From positions 5,818,434-5,838,433 of the forward strand of contig NC_057758.1 of NCBI RefSeq assembly GCF_004010195.1: a stretch of DNA of 20,000 nucleotides, read 5' to 3'. The DNA is from Chiloscyllium plagiosum (taxonomy: Eukaryota). Below are positions 1 through 10,369 of this stretch, piece by piece. The position numbers were made by a program, and so were the translations under genes. Under the pieces are notes generated by a model that searched no databases, was not told the origin of the DNA, and saw only the letters and a program-made list of their open reading frames with translations. Positions within the stretch are counted from its first letter, which is position 1; each line of letters opens with the position of its first letter.

Positions 1-303
1 GGCAGGGTTTTTGATTCTTTGATAATTGGATCTCTTTCTGGGGAAGGTGGGTTCTCTACAAACAGGAAGTTCTTCATCTATACTAGAGCGATATCAATAT
101 TTTCGGTGGGAAATTTGCTTCTGCTCCTTGGGAGGCTGGGGAAGGTAAAACAATGCAAGGGTGTTACGTGAACCTGAATTGTCGTTCCAGCAGACAGACG
201 GTTGAGGGTAGTAAGGTCTGGGATAGTTTTGCAAGTTCGTGAGAGGTTATTGGCAACTAGGATGTTGGTTTGAAATGTGTGTACTTCAATGCCAGGAGCA
301 TCC
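1..303 (+). mobile_element. CR1-clade (HER1-like) LINE, left part: end of ORF1 esterase and start of ORF2 APE endonuclease, degenerate
   Basis: Translates QGF*FFDNWISFWGRWVLYKQEVLHL (ORF1 C-terminus) and LKCVYFNARSI (APE N-terminal motif); homologous to minus-strand 13390->13094 of the full-length copy in this window. Confidence 0.9.
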
Positions 304-1046
304 ATGAGACCAAAGGACATAGGAATGGAAGTAAGGCCATTCGTCCCATCGAGTCCATTCCTTGATTCCAACATGTCTGATGGGCATTCCAACGCCACTT
401 ACCTGCACTCTCCCCCATCCCTGCGAGATTAAGAATTTATCATGCTCTGCCTTGAAGACATTTTACGTCTCGGTCTCACTACCCTCTGTAGTAATAAATT
501 TCACAACTCCACCACTCTCTGGTTGAAGAAATGTCTCCTCATTTCCGTTTTAAATTGAACTCCACTAATTCTCAGGCTGTGCCCCCGGCTCCTTGTATTC
601 CTGTCTGACTTTATATTAGATCTTCTCTCAACCTTCTAAACGGCAATGAATACGATCCCAGGATCCTCAGCCTTCCATTTTATGTTAGGCCTAACATTCC
701 AGGAATTATCCGTGTGAAACTCTGCTAGAAATGCTCCAGTCCCAGTACGTTTTTCCTGCGTTGTGGGGCCCAAAACTAGACATAGTATTCTAAATAGCTT
801 CTAACCAGAGTTTTGTAAAGTCTCAGTAGCGCATCTTTCGTTTTACATTCAAACTCTCTTAAGAAAAATTACAAAGTTACATTTGCTTTCTGAACCACAG
901 ACTCAACTTGCAAGTCAACCTTCAGAAAACCTGGAGTAGCACTCGCTGTTAGGTTTGTACTTTGGCTATAGAAATGTTCTCACCGTTAGAAAATCAACAG
1001 TCCCTTTATCACTTTTTTCCGAAGTGCAAGACCTCGCTTTTGCTCT
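304..1046 (-). mobile_element. 5'-truncated CR1 LINE (different subfamily) nested in the APE domain of the plus-strand LINE
   Basis: Begins with a reverse-oriented CR1 3' tail (GACATAGGAATGGAAGTAAGGCCATTCGTCCCATCGAGTCC on +) followed by reverse ORF2 C-terminal sequence; the host reading (NARSI|R-HKMDDLASWVG) resumes exactly at 1047. Confidence 0.85.
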
Positions 1047-3272
1047 GGCATAAGATGGATGATCTTGCATCATGGGTTGGTCCCCAGGACATCGACCTTG
1101 TGATCATTTAAGAGACATGATTCGAGGAAGGACAAGAATGGCTTTCGTAGATTCCGGGATTTAGATGTGTCAGTAAGATGAGAGAAGATGGTAAAGGTAA
1201 GTGTGGCATTGTTAATTAAGGATAGCATTACAGCAGTTGAGAGATCGGTTGAGGACTCAGCTACTGAGGCAATTTGGGATGATGTTGGAAACAAGAAAGG
1301 AGAGGTCACCTATTTGCCGGTTTCTATAGACCTCCAAATTGTTCCAGCAATATAGAAAGGATAGAAAAGACCATTCTCAATAGCAGCGAGAGTAATATGT
1401 TTTTGTTGGTGGATGGTGGGCTAGAAATGTTTAAGTTAGCCAGAATAGATCTAAAGAGATAAGAACAAGAAGAATCAGAAGGGGACAAGAGGGGTCGTTG
1501 GCGGATAGAATCAAGGAAAGCCACAAATAATTCAACGGGTATATCAGGAATAAAAGAATGATTCGGGTAAGATTCAGGCCAATCGAAGGTAATAGTGGAA
1601 ATTTCATTTTAGAATCTGAGGAATAAGGGAAGCATTCACATTGGAAAAGGGCAATGTTGTTGAGAATACAGAGACACAGGCAACAATATTGTATGGGACT
1701 GAGGTTGACAAAGATGGGTCTTTCGCAATTTTGGAAAATCTGAAAATAGGAAAGACTCTGGGCCAGATGGGATTTATCCACAGATTCTCTTGCAAACCAG
1801 GGAGGAGTTTGCAGAGACTTTGAGTTCTATATTTATGTCATGATTATTGACAGGAGGAGTGCCAAAAGTCTGGAGGATAGTAAATGTTGTTCCCCTGTTT
1901 AAGAATGGGATTCGGGACAACCGTGGTAATTCTAGGTCATTGAGCTTTACTTTCATTGACGGTAAGATGTTGGAAAAATTAATTTTTCCATAGATAGAAT
2001 TTATAATCACCTGGAAAAGAATAATTTATTTATGCCTCGTCAACACGGTTCTGTGAAGGTTGGGTCATGCTTCATTTACATTACAAATTTTCTCGAGAAG
2101 GTGAAAATACAGGTGGACGAAGGTAAACCGTTGCTATGGTGTACATGGAATCAGTAAGGCGTTTAATAAGGTTCCACACGATAGTATATTGCACAAAATA
2201 TGGCGTTTCGGGATTGAAGCTGATTAAGCGGTTTGAAGCAGAAATTGGCTAGCTGAAAGAAGACAAAGCGTGGTGATTGATGGGAAATGTTCATCCTGAA
2301 GTTCAGTTACCAGTGGCGTGCCATCAGGATCTGTTCTGAGCACACTGCGGTTTGTCATTTTTACAAATGATCCAGATGTGGGTTTGGAAATAAGGGTTAA
2401 TACATTTGTGGATCACACTAAGGTAGGTACAGTTGCAGATAGTGACGAAGGATGTTGTGGTTTGCAGTGGGTCACAAGTACTTTGCAGAGCTGGGCTGAA
2501 AAATGGCAAATGGAGGTTAATGCGGAAAATTGTGAGGTCGTTCACTTCAGAAGAAATAACAGGAATGCAGAGTACTGGGCTATTGATAAAATTCTTAGCA
2601 ACAGAGAGATTTTCGTGTCCTGATACATAAATCCATGCAAGTGGTTGGTAGGGTTGTCGACAATGCAACTGGTGTGTTGGCGTTTATTGGTAGAGGGATT
2701 GAGTTTAGGAGCCACGTGGTCATCCGTAAGCTCGACAAGACAATAGTAAGGATGCTCCTGGAAATTGTGTGCAGTACTGGTCACAGCATTGTTAGAAAAA
2801 CGTGGACATTTTGGAATAGGGTTCAGAGGAGATTTACTGGGATACTGCCTGGTAAGAAAGGAATTTCTTACGAGGGCACTGAGGCTTGGAGAGAAGAGGA
2901 TTGGGAGGTGACTTTATCGAGACGTATAAGAAAATCTGAACGTTCGATAGAGTGGACAGTGAGAGCCATTTTACTCTAACGGTGAAGGCTAATACAAGGA
3001 GGCAAATTTTTCAATTAAGCGGTGATAGATTTAGGACTGTTATTCCGGATATTTTCTTCAAAGAGAGAGTAGTAGTGCAGTGGAATGGCCTGCCTGCAAC
3101 AATAATGGACTTGCCAACATTAAGGACATTTAAATGGGCACTGGACATACAGTTGGATAATAATGGAATAGTGTAGGTTAGGTGGGCATCAGATTATTTT
3201 CACAGGTCGGCCCAGCATCGAGTGCTGCAGGGATTGGATTGTGCTGTAACGTTCGACATTCTACGTTCTGTG
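1047..3272 (+). mobile_element. CR1 (HER1-like) LINE, right part: decayed ORF2 (APE-RT) and 3' UTR
   Basis: Motif remnants FYRPPN, LADRIKE, RQHGSVK, SKAFNKVPH, GVPSGSVL, FVDH (decayed FADD), WAEKWQMEVNAENCEVVHF, RVQRRFTGILPG, RVVVQWNGLP; many stops and frameshifts; ends in a GTTCTA-like microsatellite tail at ~3250-3272. Confidence 0.92.
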
Positions 3273-3394
3273 ATCATTGTAAGCACTGTTTACACAGCTT
3301 TTGTCTCAACAATCGGGTGGGGAGTGACAGACGAGCCTCAGATCGGGCTAACGTGAAATATGCTAAGCTGTGTCAAGTGAGTAGACGTAAAGAT

Positions 3395-4037
3395 CTATAG
3401 GACAGGTGCAGGCCAATGCGCCAATCCTTTCAGCACTGGTAACCCATCCAATGAACATTTTGAATCACATTTTGCTGCACTCACATTTAACCGCGCATGG
3501 CTTGGCATTACACATGCTCATGTAAATACTTCTTTCATGCTATGAAGGTTTCCCCCTTGAGCAACATTCCAATAGTGAGTTCCCTATTGTCACTACTCTC
3601 TGTGTGAAAAAGGCTCCATATCGCTTGATCCTGACTTTAAATCTATGCCACCTGTCCATTGTTGCCTCCCTGAAAGAATAAAATTTCGTCCTGTCCACTC
3701 TGTTCATGCAGCTGATAACTTTATATATCTCAATCACATCCCCTCTCTGTCTGCTCTCCTGTCATGCAAGCAACCCCAGTTTGTGTAATCTCTCTTCATA
3801 ACTGAACCTTTCCTGATAAATCCCCACTTCACCCACCAAATCATTATTTCACCCTTGGTAGTGGAATGACATAACTCTGTAATGTGCATTCTGGAACGTG
3901 TGCAGTGCTCTAGTTGTGGCCAACCCAACGTTGAATGCTGTTCCAGGACGCAAACACTATATTTCGATGAACAAATGCATGTACACCATATGCCTTCTTA
4001 ATCATTTTATCCAGGAATCCTGACATACTATAGAACA
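3395..4037 (-). mobile_element. Old CR1 LINE fragment (3' UTR and ORF2 C-terminus)
   Basis: ORFs 3540-3737 (IEIYKVI..DR..HRFKVR..FFTQRVVTIGNSL) and 3734-3928 (PQLEHC) match the CR1 ORF2 C-terminus; reversed tail at ~3395-3420. Confidence 0.8.
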
Positions 4038-4367
4038 GGTGGCACGGTGGTTCAATTGTTACCACAGCTGCAAGTATTATCAGGGACCTGGGCTTGATTG
4101 AAAACCTCAGACGACTGTCTGTGAGGAGTTTGCACGTTATCCACGTTTATGAATGGGTTTCTGCCTGCTGGTCCTGTTTCCATCCACAGTCAAAAGATGT
4201 GTGGATTATGAAAAATTGTCCATAGTTTTCAAGGATGTGTATTTTGTGTGCGGTTGCCAGGGAAATGAAGGATTACAGGAATAAGGGGTGGATCTGGGTG
4301 GGATGCTCTTTTAGGGTTGGTGTGGGCTTGTTGGGCCGAATGGCCTGTTTACACACTGTCGGGATTC
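4038..4367 (+). mobile_element. tRNA-derived HE1-type (V-)SINE inserted into the minus-strand CR1
   Basis: GGTGGCACGGTGGTTCAATTG tRNA-like head, GACTGTCTGTGAGGAGTTTGCAC central domain, LINE-like tail TTGGGCCGAATGGCCTGTTTACACACTGTCGGGATTC; CR1 sequence continues on both sides. Confidence 0.88.
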
Positions 4368-4610
4368 CCTGGTGACAAACACTTTAAGGTTCCTCTGTTC
4401 CTCGGTGCGAGTCAGAGTTTGATTGTTCACCATGCATGCTATATTCTCATTTGTCCAGACAAAGCGCATCATCTGGCATATCTCCAGGTTGAAATCCATT
4501 TGCCTCTGATCATCCTATCTGCGTCTTCCTGCAAGCTACGATTATCCTCCTCACAATTTATCACGACAACATTTTATTTCTGTGTGAAGTTATTAATCAC
4601 ACATCTGATT
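4368..4610 (-). mobile_element. Continuation of the CR1 fragment interrupted by the SINE (RT C-terminal region)
   Basis: ORF 4311-4499 reads QMDFNLEICQMMRF...EEQRNLKVFV, equivalent to CR1 WQMEFNxxKCEVMHFG...EQRDLGV. Confidence 0.75.
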
Positions 4611-5089
4611 GCCTTCCAAGAACGCTTTATTTGGCTCTTAGGTCGCTAAATAGCTTGGGGAGAAGGCTGTTGGACCGTAAACATCACAAATCTACAAGAT
4701 CCAAACTTTCCTTTAGTTGATGGATGTATAAAACATGGATACAGACATTTCCCATAACCATTTGCTCTGAGGCTTTTAATGAGAATGGCCTTTCCAATTT
4801 CGAACTTGGCAATATATATCATCTGCAAATAATTCAAAGAAGCCAAAAAATGAAGGTCGAGAAACAATACAATAAGGAAAAAAAATGTCCTTGCCAGTAA
4901 TGCTTATGGCGCGGGGTCGGTTAATTATCTTTCGATCTTTCCCTACGCCTATGACATCAATACTTTTAACCGTGCCTGTATCTCTGTATTGCGGGAAATA
5001 TATCAGTGACTTAGTCCTTTCATTGTTAGACTTTTTTATCAACAGTTCATGACTAAGTACTTGTGTCGAGAGACCCTCCTTTTGAACAT

Positions 5090-6400
5090 TTTCTATCCAT
5101 ATAGATGAACGAGTGCCTTTTACATGTTCTTAATGTACTCACATTAAACACTTTCTCTGGAAGATCATTCTATTTGTGCACCACCTTCTAAGCAAAAAAT
5201 ACTGCCCCTCATGTTCGCTCTTATTTTTTTCCCTCTAAACTTAAACTGATGCCATACTTTCCCTGATTCCACAATCCTGGGAAAAAGACACAGTGAATCA
5301 ATACTTTTCATTATCTTATATAATTCTTTGAGCTCCCCTCTCAGTCTCGGAAGCTCTATTATCAGGAGTCCACGCTTGTCCAAACTCTGCCGATATCTCA
5401 AACCGCTGAGTCCTGGAAACATCCTTTCTAATTTGTTAAACACTCTTTCCAGTTAACTAACAGCTTTCCTTTAACGATTTGGCCAAAACTGAACACAATG
5501 TGCGGCCTCACCAAAATCCTGTACAACTACACTATTACTTTGCAACGTCGATTCTCAGTGGATTAACCAATGAGGGTGCCAAAAACTTTCTTCACTGTCA
5601 TATCTAGCTTTGGCTCCACTTGCAGAGAACTGTTCACCAGATCTCCAAGGTCCCTCTGTTCCACTACGCTCTTTACAGCCCTACAATTCAGCATGATTTG
5701 ATTTTGAAAAATGCAAGACCTCACACTTATTTACATTACACTCCGATTTGCCCGCGTCCCAAGCTGACCAAGTTTCTGAAGCAAGTTCTGATAATCTTAT
5801 CAACGTGAAGGATATCTTCTATTTTGCAACATCTACACAATTACTAATCATGCCTTGTACATTCTCTTTCAAATCATTGACATAAATAACAAATAGAAAT
5901 GAGCATATTCACATGTTTCCCGTCCAACAAGCATCTTTTCACTATTAACGTCTTCTCCCTACCATTAAGAAAAAGTGCATATAGTTTGCCGGATGTATGC
6001 AATCTTACTTTCCAGAGCAGCCTCCCACGTAGAAGATGACCAAAGGCCTTTACTTGCAAACAGACTGCTCCAATCAACCTCTACATTCTTTGGTCTATTT
6101 CCATCAAAATTCGCCTTGCTCTAATTTCGCACTTGAACCTTAGGAACAGTTTTCTCCCTGTCCAGAATGATATTACAGGTATTAGAACTATGGCCACTGG
6201 TTTCAAACTGCTCTGCCACTGTCATCTCCGTCATCTGTTTTGCACTATATCCCAAGTTTAGGTCGAGATTATGAATATGGGCTGTTAGTACCAGCCCATA
6301 TTCATAAAATTAAAATCCCCAAGCAAGACAACCCAAATGCTCGAGCAAGCTCTGAAAACTCCATGCATATTTACCCCACTAATTCCCGTTGTTTATTTCT
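5090..6400 (-). mobile_element. Decayed, internally deleted CR1 LINE (APE C-terminal part joined to RT and ORF2 C-terminus)
   Basis: RMFPGLSGLRY..RLRGELKELYKIMK (5165-5443); KAFGHLLRGRLLWKV (5874-6077); APE remnants LDLNLG..ETSGHS (~6190-6270) and GDFNFMNMGW (~6290-6320). Confidence 0.78.
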
Positions 6401-6572
6401 TTGTTGTTCCGTAAAAATTGCAACTTTAATTTTCAGAGAACCCTTGTAAATTTTAAATGACAGAGCGGAAGGAAGGCGTGTATTCAGACATTGGAATGGA
6501 TAGCCTGGATAGTCTTCTTTCCCAATACACAAAATGTTCTTTCATATCCCCTTAGAGTTCTCTGATAAGATT

Positions 6573-6880
6573 GGCGTGTCTCGGTGGCTCAGTGGTTAGC
6601 ACTGCCGCCTCCCAGCGCCACGTGACCTGGTTTGATTTCAGCTTCGGGCGACATTCTGAGTGGAGTTTGCACATTCAACCCATATCTGCAATCGGTTCCT
6701 CCTGGAATTCTGGTTACATCCTACAATCAAAGGATTTGTCCATGTTAAATTGCGCATAGTGTTCAGGGATGTGCATGTTAGGTGCACTAGTCAGAGGCAA
6801 ATTTAGACGAGTGGGAATGGGTTTGCTGGATACGTGTCAGGTCTCAAGGCCTGCGTCCACGCAGTCGGGATTCTAAGATC
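6573..6880 (+). mobile_element. tRNA-derived HE1-type (V-)SINE
   Basis: A box TGGCTCAGTGG (6585-6595), B-box-like GGTTTGATTTC (6629-6639), GTGGAGTTTGCACATTC central domain, tail AGGCCTGCGTCCACGCAGTCGGGATTCTAAGAT; possible TAAGAT TSD at 6566-6571 and 6874-6879. Confidence 0.9.
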
Positions 6881-6884
6881 AGAA

Positions 6885-7320
6885 AAGCATATGTAAGGAA
6901 GGATATGTTGACATTGGAAGAAGTGCAATTTAGTTTTACGTCAATGATGTCTGGACGTCACGGATAGAGGTTTTGAGAGTAGATTATACAACGAAGACAC
7001 TTTTGTCAATAATTTTGAAGTGATTCGTGAGATCTGGAGTGTATCTCAGAAAAACAATTCGAAAAACGACAGACAGGTGAAGATGAATTATTTTATTCAA
7101 GAATTAGCAGGCACAGACTGAAAATTATGTTCACGGACTTTAAACTTGATGTTAGCAAATACTTCTATACACAAAGGATGGGTGGTAGATGTTTTAAAAT
7201 GTCTTCCACAAACGGCATTGGATATTGAACTAGTTGTTGATCAGAAATCTAAGAGAGACATATTTTTGCTCATCCAAAAGTAAGCAGGCGTTTTTGCTGT
7301 GCAATAAGGGAACTCAATGT
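6885..7320 (+). mobile_element. Old CR1 LINE ORF2 C-terminal fragment
   Basis: YVRKDMLTLEEVQFSFTSMMSG and RHRLKI..DVSKYFYTQR..LPQTALD remnants of the CR1 C-terminus. Confidence 0.75.
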
Positions 7321-7396
7321 TGAATCCTGAAGTCTGCAGGGAACTCCAAGTAGAACCCAGGCACTCCAGAAAATGAGTTTTGAAAGGTCACAGGTG

Positions 7397-7896
7397 NNNN
7401 NNNNNNNNNNNNNNNNNNNNNNNNNNNNNNNNNNNNNNNNNNNNNNNNNNNNNNNNNNNNNNNNNNNNNNNNNNNNNNNNNNNNNNNNNNNNNNNNNNNN
7501 NNNNNNNNNNNNNNNNNNNNNNNNNNNNNNNNNNNNNNNNNNNNNNNNNNNNNNNNNNNNNNNNNNNNNNNNNNNNNNNNNNNNNNNNNNNNNNNNNNNN
7601 NNNNNNNNNNNNNNNNNNNNNNNNNNNNNNNNNNNNNNNNNNNNNNNNNNNNNNNNNNNNNNNNNNNNNNNNNNNNNNNNNNNNNNNNNNNNNNNNNNNN
7701 NNNNNNNNNNNNNNNNNNNNNNNNNNNNNNNNNNNNNNNNNNNNNNNNNNNNNNNNNNNNNNNNNNNNNNNNNNNNNNNNNNNNNNNNNNNNNNNNNNNN
7801 NNNNNNNNNNNNNNNNNNNNNNNNNNNNNNNNNNNNNNNNNNNNNNNNNNNNNNNNNNNNNNNNNNNNNNNNNNNNNNNNNNNNNNNNNNNNNNNN
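7397..7896. other. Assembly gap, exactly 500 N
   Basis: Run of 500 N; a round length typical of a scaffolder's fixed-size join. Confidence 0.99.
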
Positions 7897-8129
7897 ACGT
7901 TTGTACTTACTGGAGGTCAAGCAACGCAATCCCAGTAAATCAAAACAGAAAATCATCAGGGTAGTGTCATGAGACCAAAAATATTTCGCTGTTATCAACG
8001 ATCGTCCCTCCATCAAAGTGGGGATTTGATGATTTCACGATGCGACACAAGCAGGAGTCTCATTTGGTATGGAAAAGGAAATTCATCGTATAAAAGCGAC
8101 GGAATTGGACACCCCAACGGGAGTTCTTC

Positions 8130-8790
8130 CACTCTTCATGTTTCCTTCTCATTTTCTCCGAGGTTTTTCTGCTTTTTTATCATTTTGTTTTCCCGCTGCT
8201 CTCAGTCTAGCCACCATGCACCTCCAGACAGATCCAATCCTGGTCTCTCGGTGGCTCTCAGTCTGGTCTCTCCGCGGAACGTGATCTGTCCTGAACTGAT
8301 ATCTCGGCAGCTGTCAGCCTGATCTCTCGACAGGATGTCAGTGGTCTCTGGAAGTTTCGTGGCAGTATTTTGGCTCGGCATTGGAGTGTACCCTGCCGAA
8401 GTATGTACCCTGAGGCACGGGGAGTTATCGATGAGGCTGCAATTTCAACAGCACCGATTCTGTGTGATTCTGGTGGCATCGAAGGCAGACAGCAGAGCGA
8501 GATGGGCGGAGGAATCATCAGTTAAATGGTTAACATATTCCTTTAATACCTAGTTTAATCCGTGAGAAACGTTAGTGTAAACTGTTGCGAAATTCTTTAA
8601 TTTTCTAATATTCTATGAAAGAATACTTAGCTTTGTAACTCATGTTTCTCTTCGTACTTTGTACTTTAACCCTTTTGTGCCGAGGTAACTTGCATCTGAG
8701 ATGGAATCATGTATGCCAACATTATACAACTTTCGCTTTACACCTTCACTTCAATACGTAATTTACGTCGCAAATATAATCTGAAAAGCG
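8130..8790 (+). mobile_element. Probable non-autonomous interspersed repeat of uncertain family
   Basis: GC-rich 5' half and AT-rich 3' half ending in a sequence resembling a decayed retroelement tail (CTGAGATGG...ACTTTCGCTTTACACC...TACGTCGCAAATATAA); recognised from memory only, boundaries approximate. Confidence 0.35.
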
Positions 8791-8983
8791 AGTTCACCAG
8801 TAACGAGAACAGCAGTCATTTTGCAGCAATAAATATGACATGGCCATGCAAAATTGAAATCGTGGCCAAGTTATAAAGGTAACACGGCGCTTAAAATAAG
8901 TGCAGCACAAACATAGCAAAGCTCTATCGCTCTGAAAGTTGTTTCAATTCAAGAAAAGAGAGTGCAGACCTTCTAGCGCACAG

Positions 8984-9110
8984 TCAAAGGGTATTGGCGC
9001 AGGCAGGAAATTGGAGTTGTCAAAACAACCAGATTATCCATGATGTTATTACATTTTGGAACTGGTGTGTCAGCCGGACAACTGCCATTGGTTTTAACTC
9101 ATGTCTTTGC
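8984..9110 (+). mobile_element. CR1/L2-type 3' UTR fragment
   Basis: CAAAGGGTATTGG..CAGGCAGGAAATTGGAGTTG..ACAACCAGATTATCCATGATGTTATT resembles the CR1 3' UTR; a similar, more decayed piece lies at ~9225-9320. Confidence 0.6.
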
Positions 9111-10369
9111 GCTCTAGTACACAATATCAAAACATAATTTTGCCAAATGTGACCGAGCCTGTTATTGGAAAAACAAAGCTTTTATTCCACATTGCCACCT
9201 GTGCACAAGCAACGGAGTGAACAGTTTTAGAGATGGATGGAGGGTTGGGTGTGAGGTGACAATTAGATCAGCAATGATTTAATCGACCGGAAGTGGAAGT
9301 TGAATTTACTTCATGTTCAACTCCTTGAACTCCACATTTTGTAAAACATTTATCTTACATTACCCTAAAATAAATAATGAATTCAAAATCCATAACTTTT
9401 CACGAGGCCTCTGAACCATTTCTGAACAAGGTGTTTGTTCCCTCATCATCGGCCTTTCATTTTTTTTTGTTCTACATTCCACTCGCTGTAGCGAGCCCGC
9501 TCGGAGACTGTCTTCTGAAATGAGCCGATTCTAATCTTCGCGTTGCATTTTTTTAAACATTCCCACATTATTTTGATATCGCCATCTCTCCAGGGAGACG
9601 GTGTCCAGCAGAGCCCAGTAGGGGCCATGCCTCCGTGAAATTCTAAGTGGGCTGTCGGGGTAAAATGAAAATAGATTTGAAGTGTGAATGAAGGAGTCCA
9701 CCTCCCGCGATGAGCCACTCTTCCGAAAGGGATTTCTGAACCGCATCCTTCCTCTTCAATTATTGCCTCTCCAGGCTTCCATGAATACTTGCTTTTTTAA
9801 ATTGACTGATGGAATTCCAATATAAGTATGCATTATCTACTCCATCGAAAGTTCGGATGAATTTTTAAACCTGGTTTATGGGTAACTGGGAGTTTTGGTG
9901 TTCATGCCAACAACTTCTCCTCTAAAAGAACAAACGCAAAATACTCAATGAAAGTCACACGCAAATAAGATATAGAGCAAATCACTTCGCACCTTACACA
10001 GTTAAAAAAAAACACTCCCACAGCATATCAGCACAAATGTAAATCAGAGTAAAGTTTATTCTTCTTTGTTCTGGTTAAACCTCTAGGGTCAGTACAGCTC
10101 GGTGTTTGGTACTAAGAAAGCATTCGGCGTATTCGCCAAAAATCGAGATTCCCTGAATGCAGATACAGGACTTGATTACATTCCAAGTAAAAGAATCCCG
10201 ACACGGTTCCACTGTTCCATCAAACAGCCCCATCCCTTGCTCAGAAGTAAAACAGAATAAATAATGAAATGCAGAATGATACAGTATATACAACATTGAA
10301 CATTCCAGCGCAGTACAGGCCCTTCGGCCTCAATGTAGCGCCGACATGTCATACCAATCTGAAGCTCAT

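Noticed and set aside
4776..5042. FADD-containing minus-strand ORF as an RT fragment
   Set aside because: Only four residues match and the flanks do not resemble RT; cannot be supported.
6573..6650. tRNA gene
   Set aside because: A/B boxes belong to a SINE head continuing into the central domain and LINE-like tail; no intact cloverleaf.
7270..8016. Long ORFs of 194-248 aa spanning 7270-8016
   Set aside because: Artefacts of translating through 500 Ns.
9440..9920. Possible old SINE or exon in a moderately GC-rich stretch
   Set aside because: Only a vague resemblance and a 6-bp palindrome; no motif strong enough to call.
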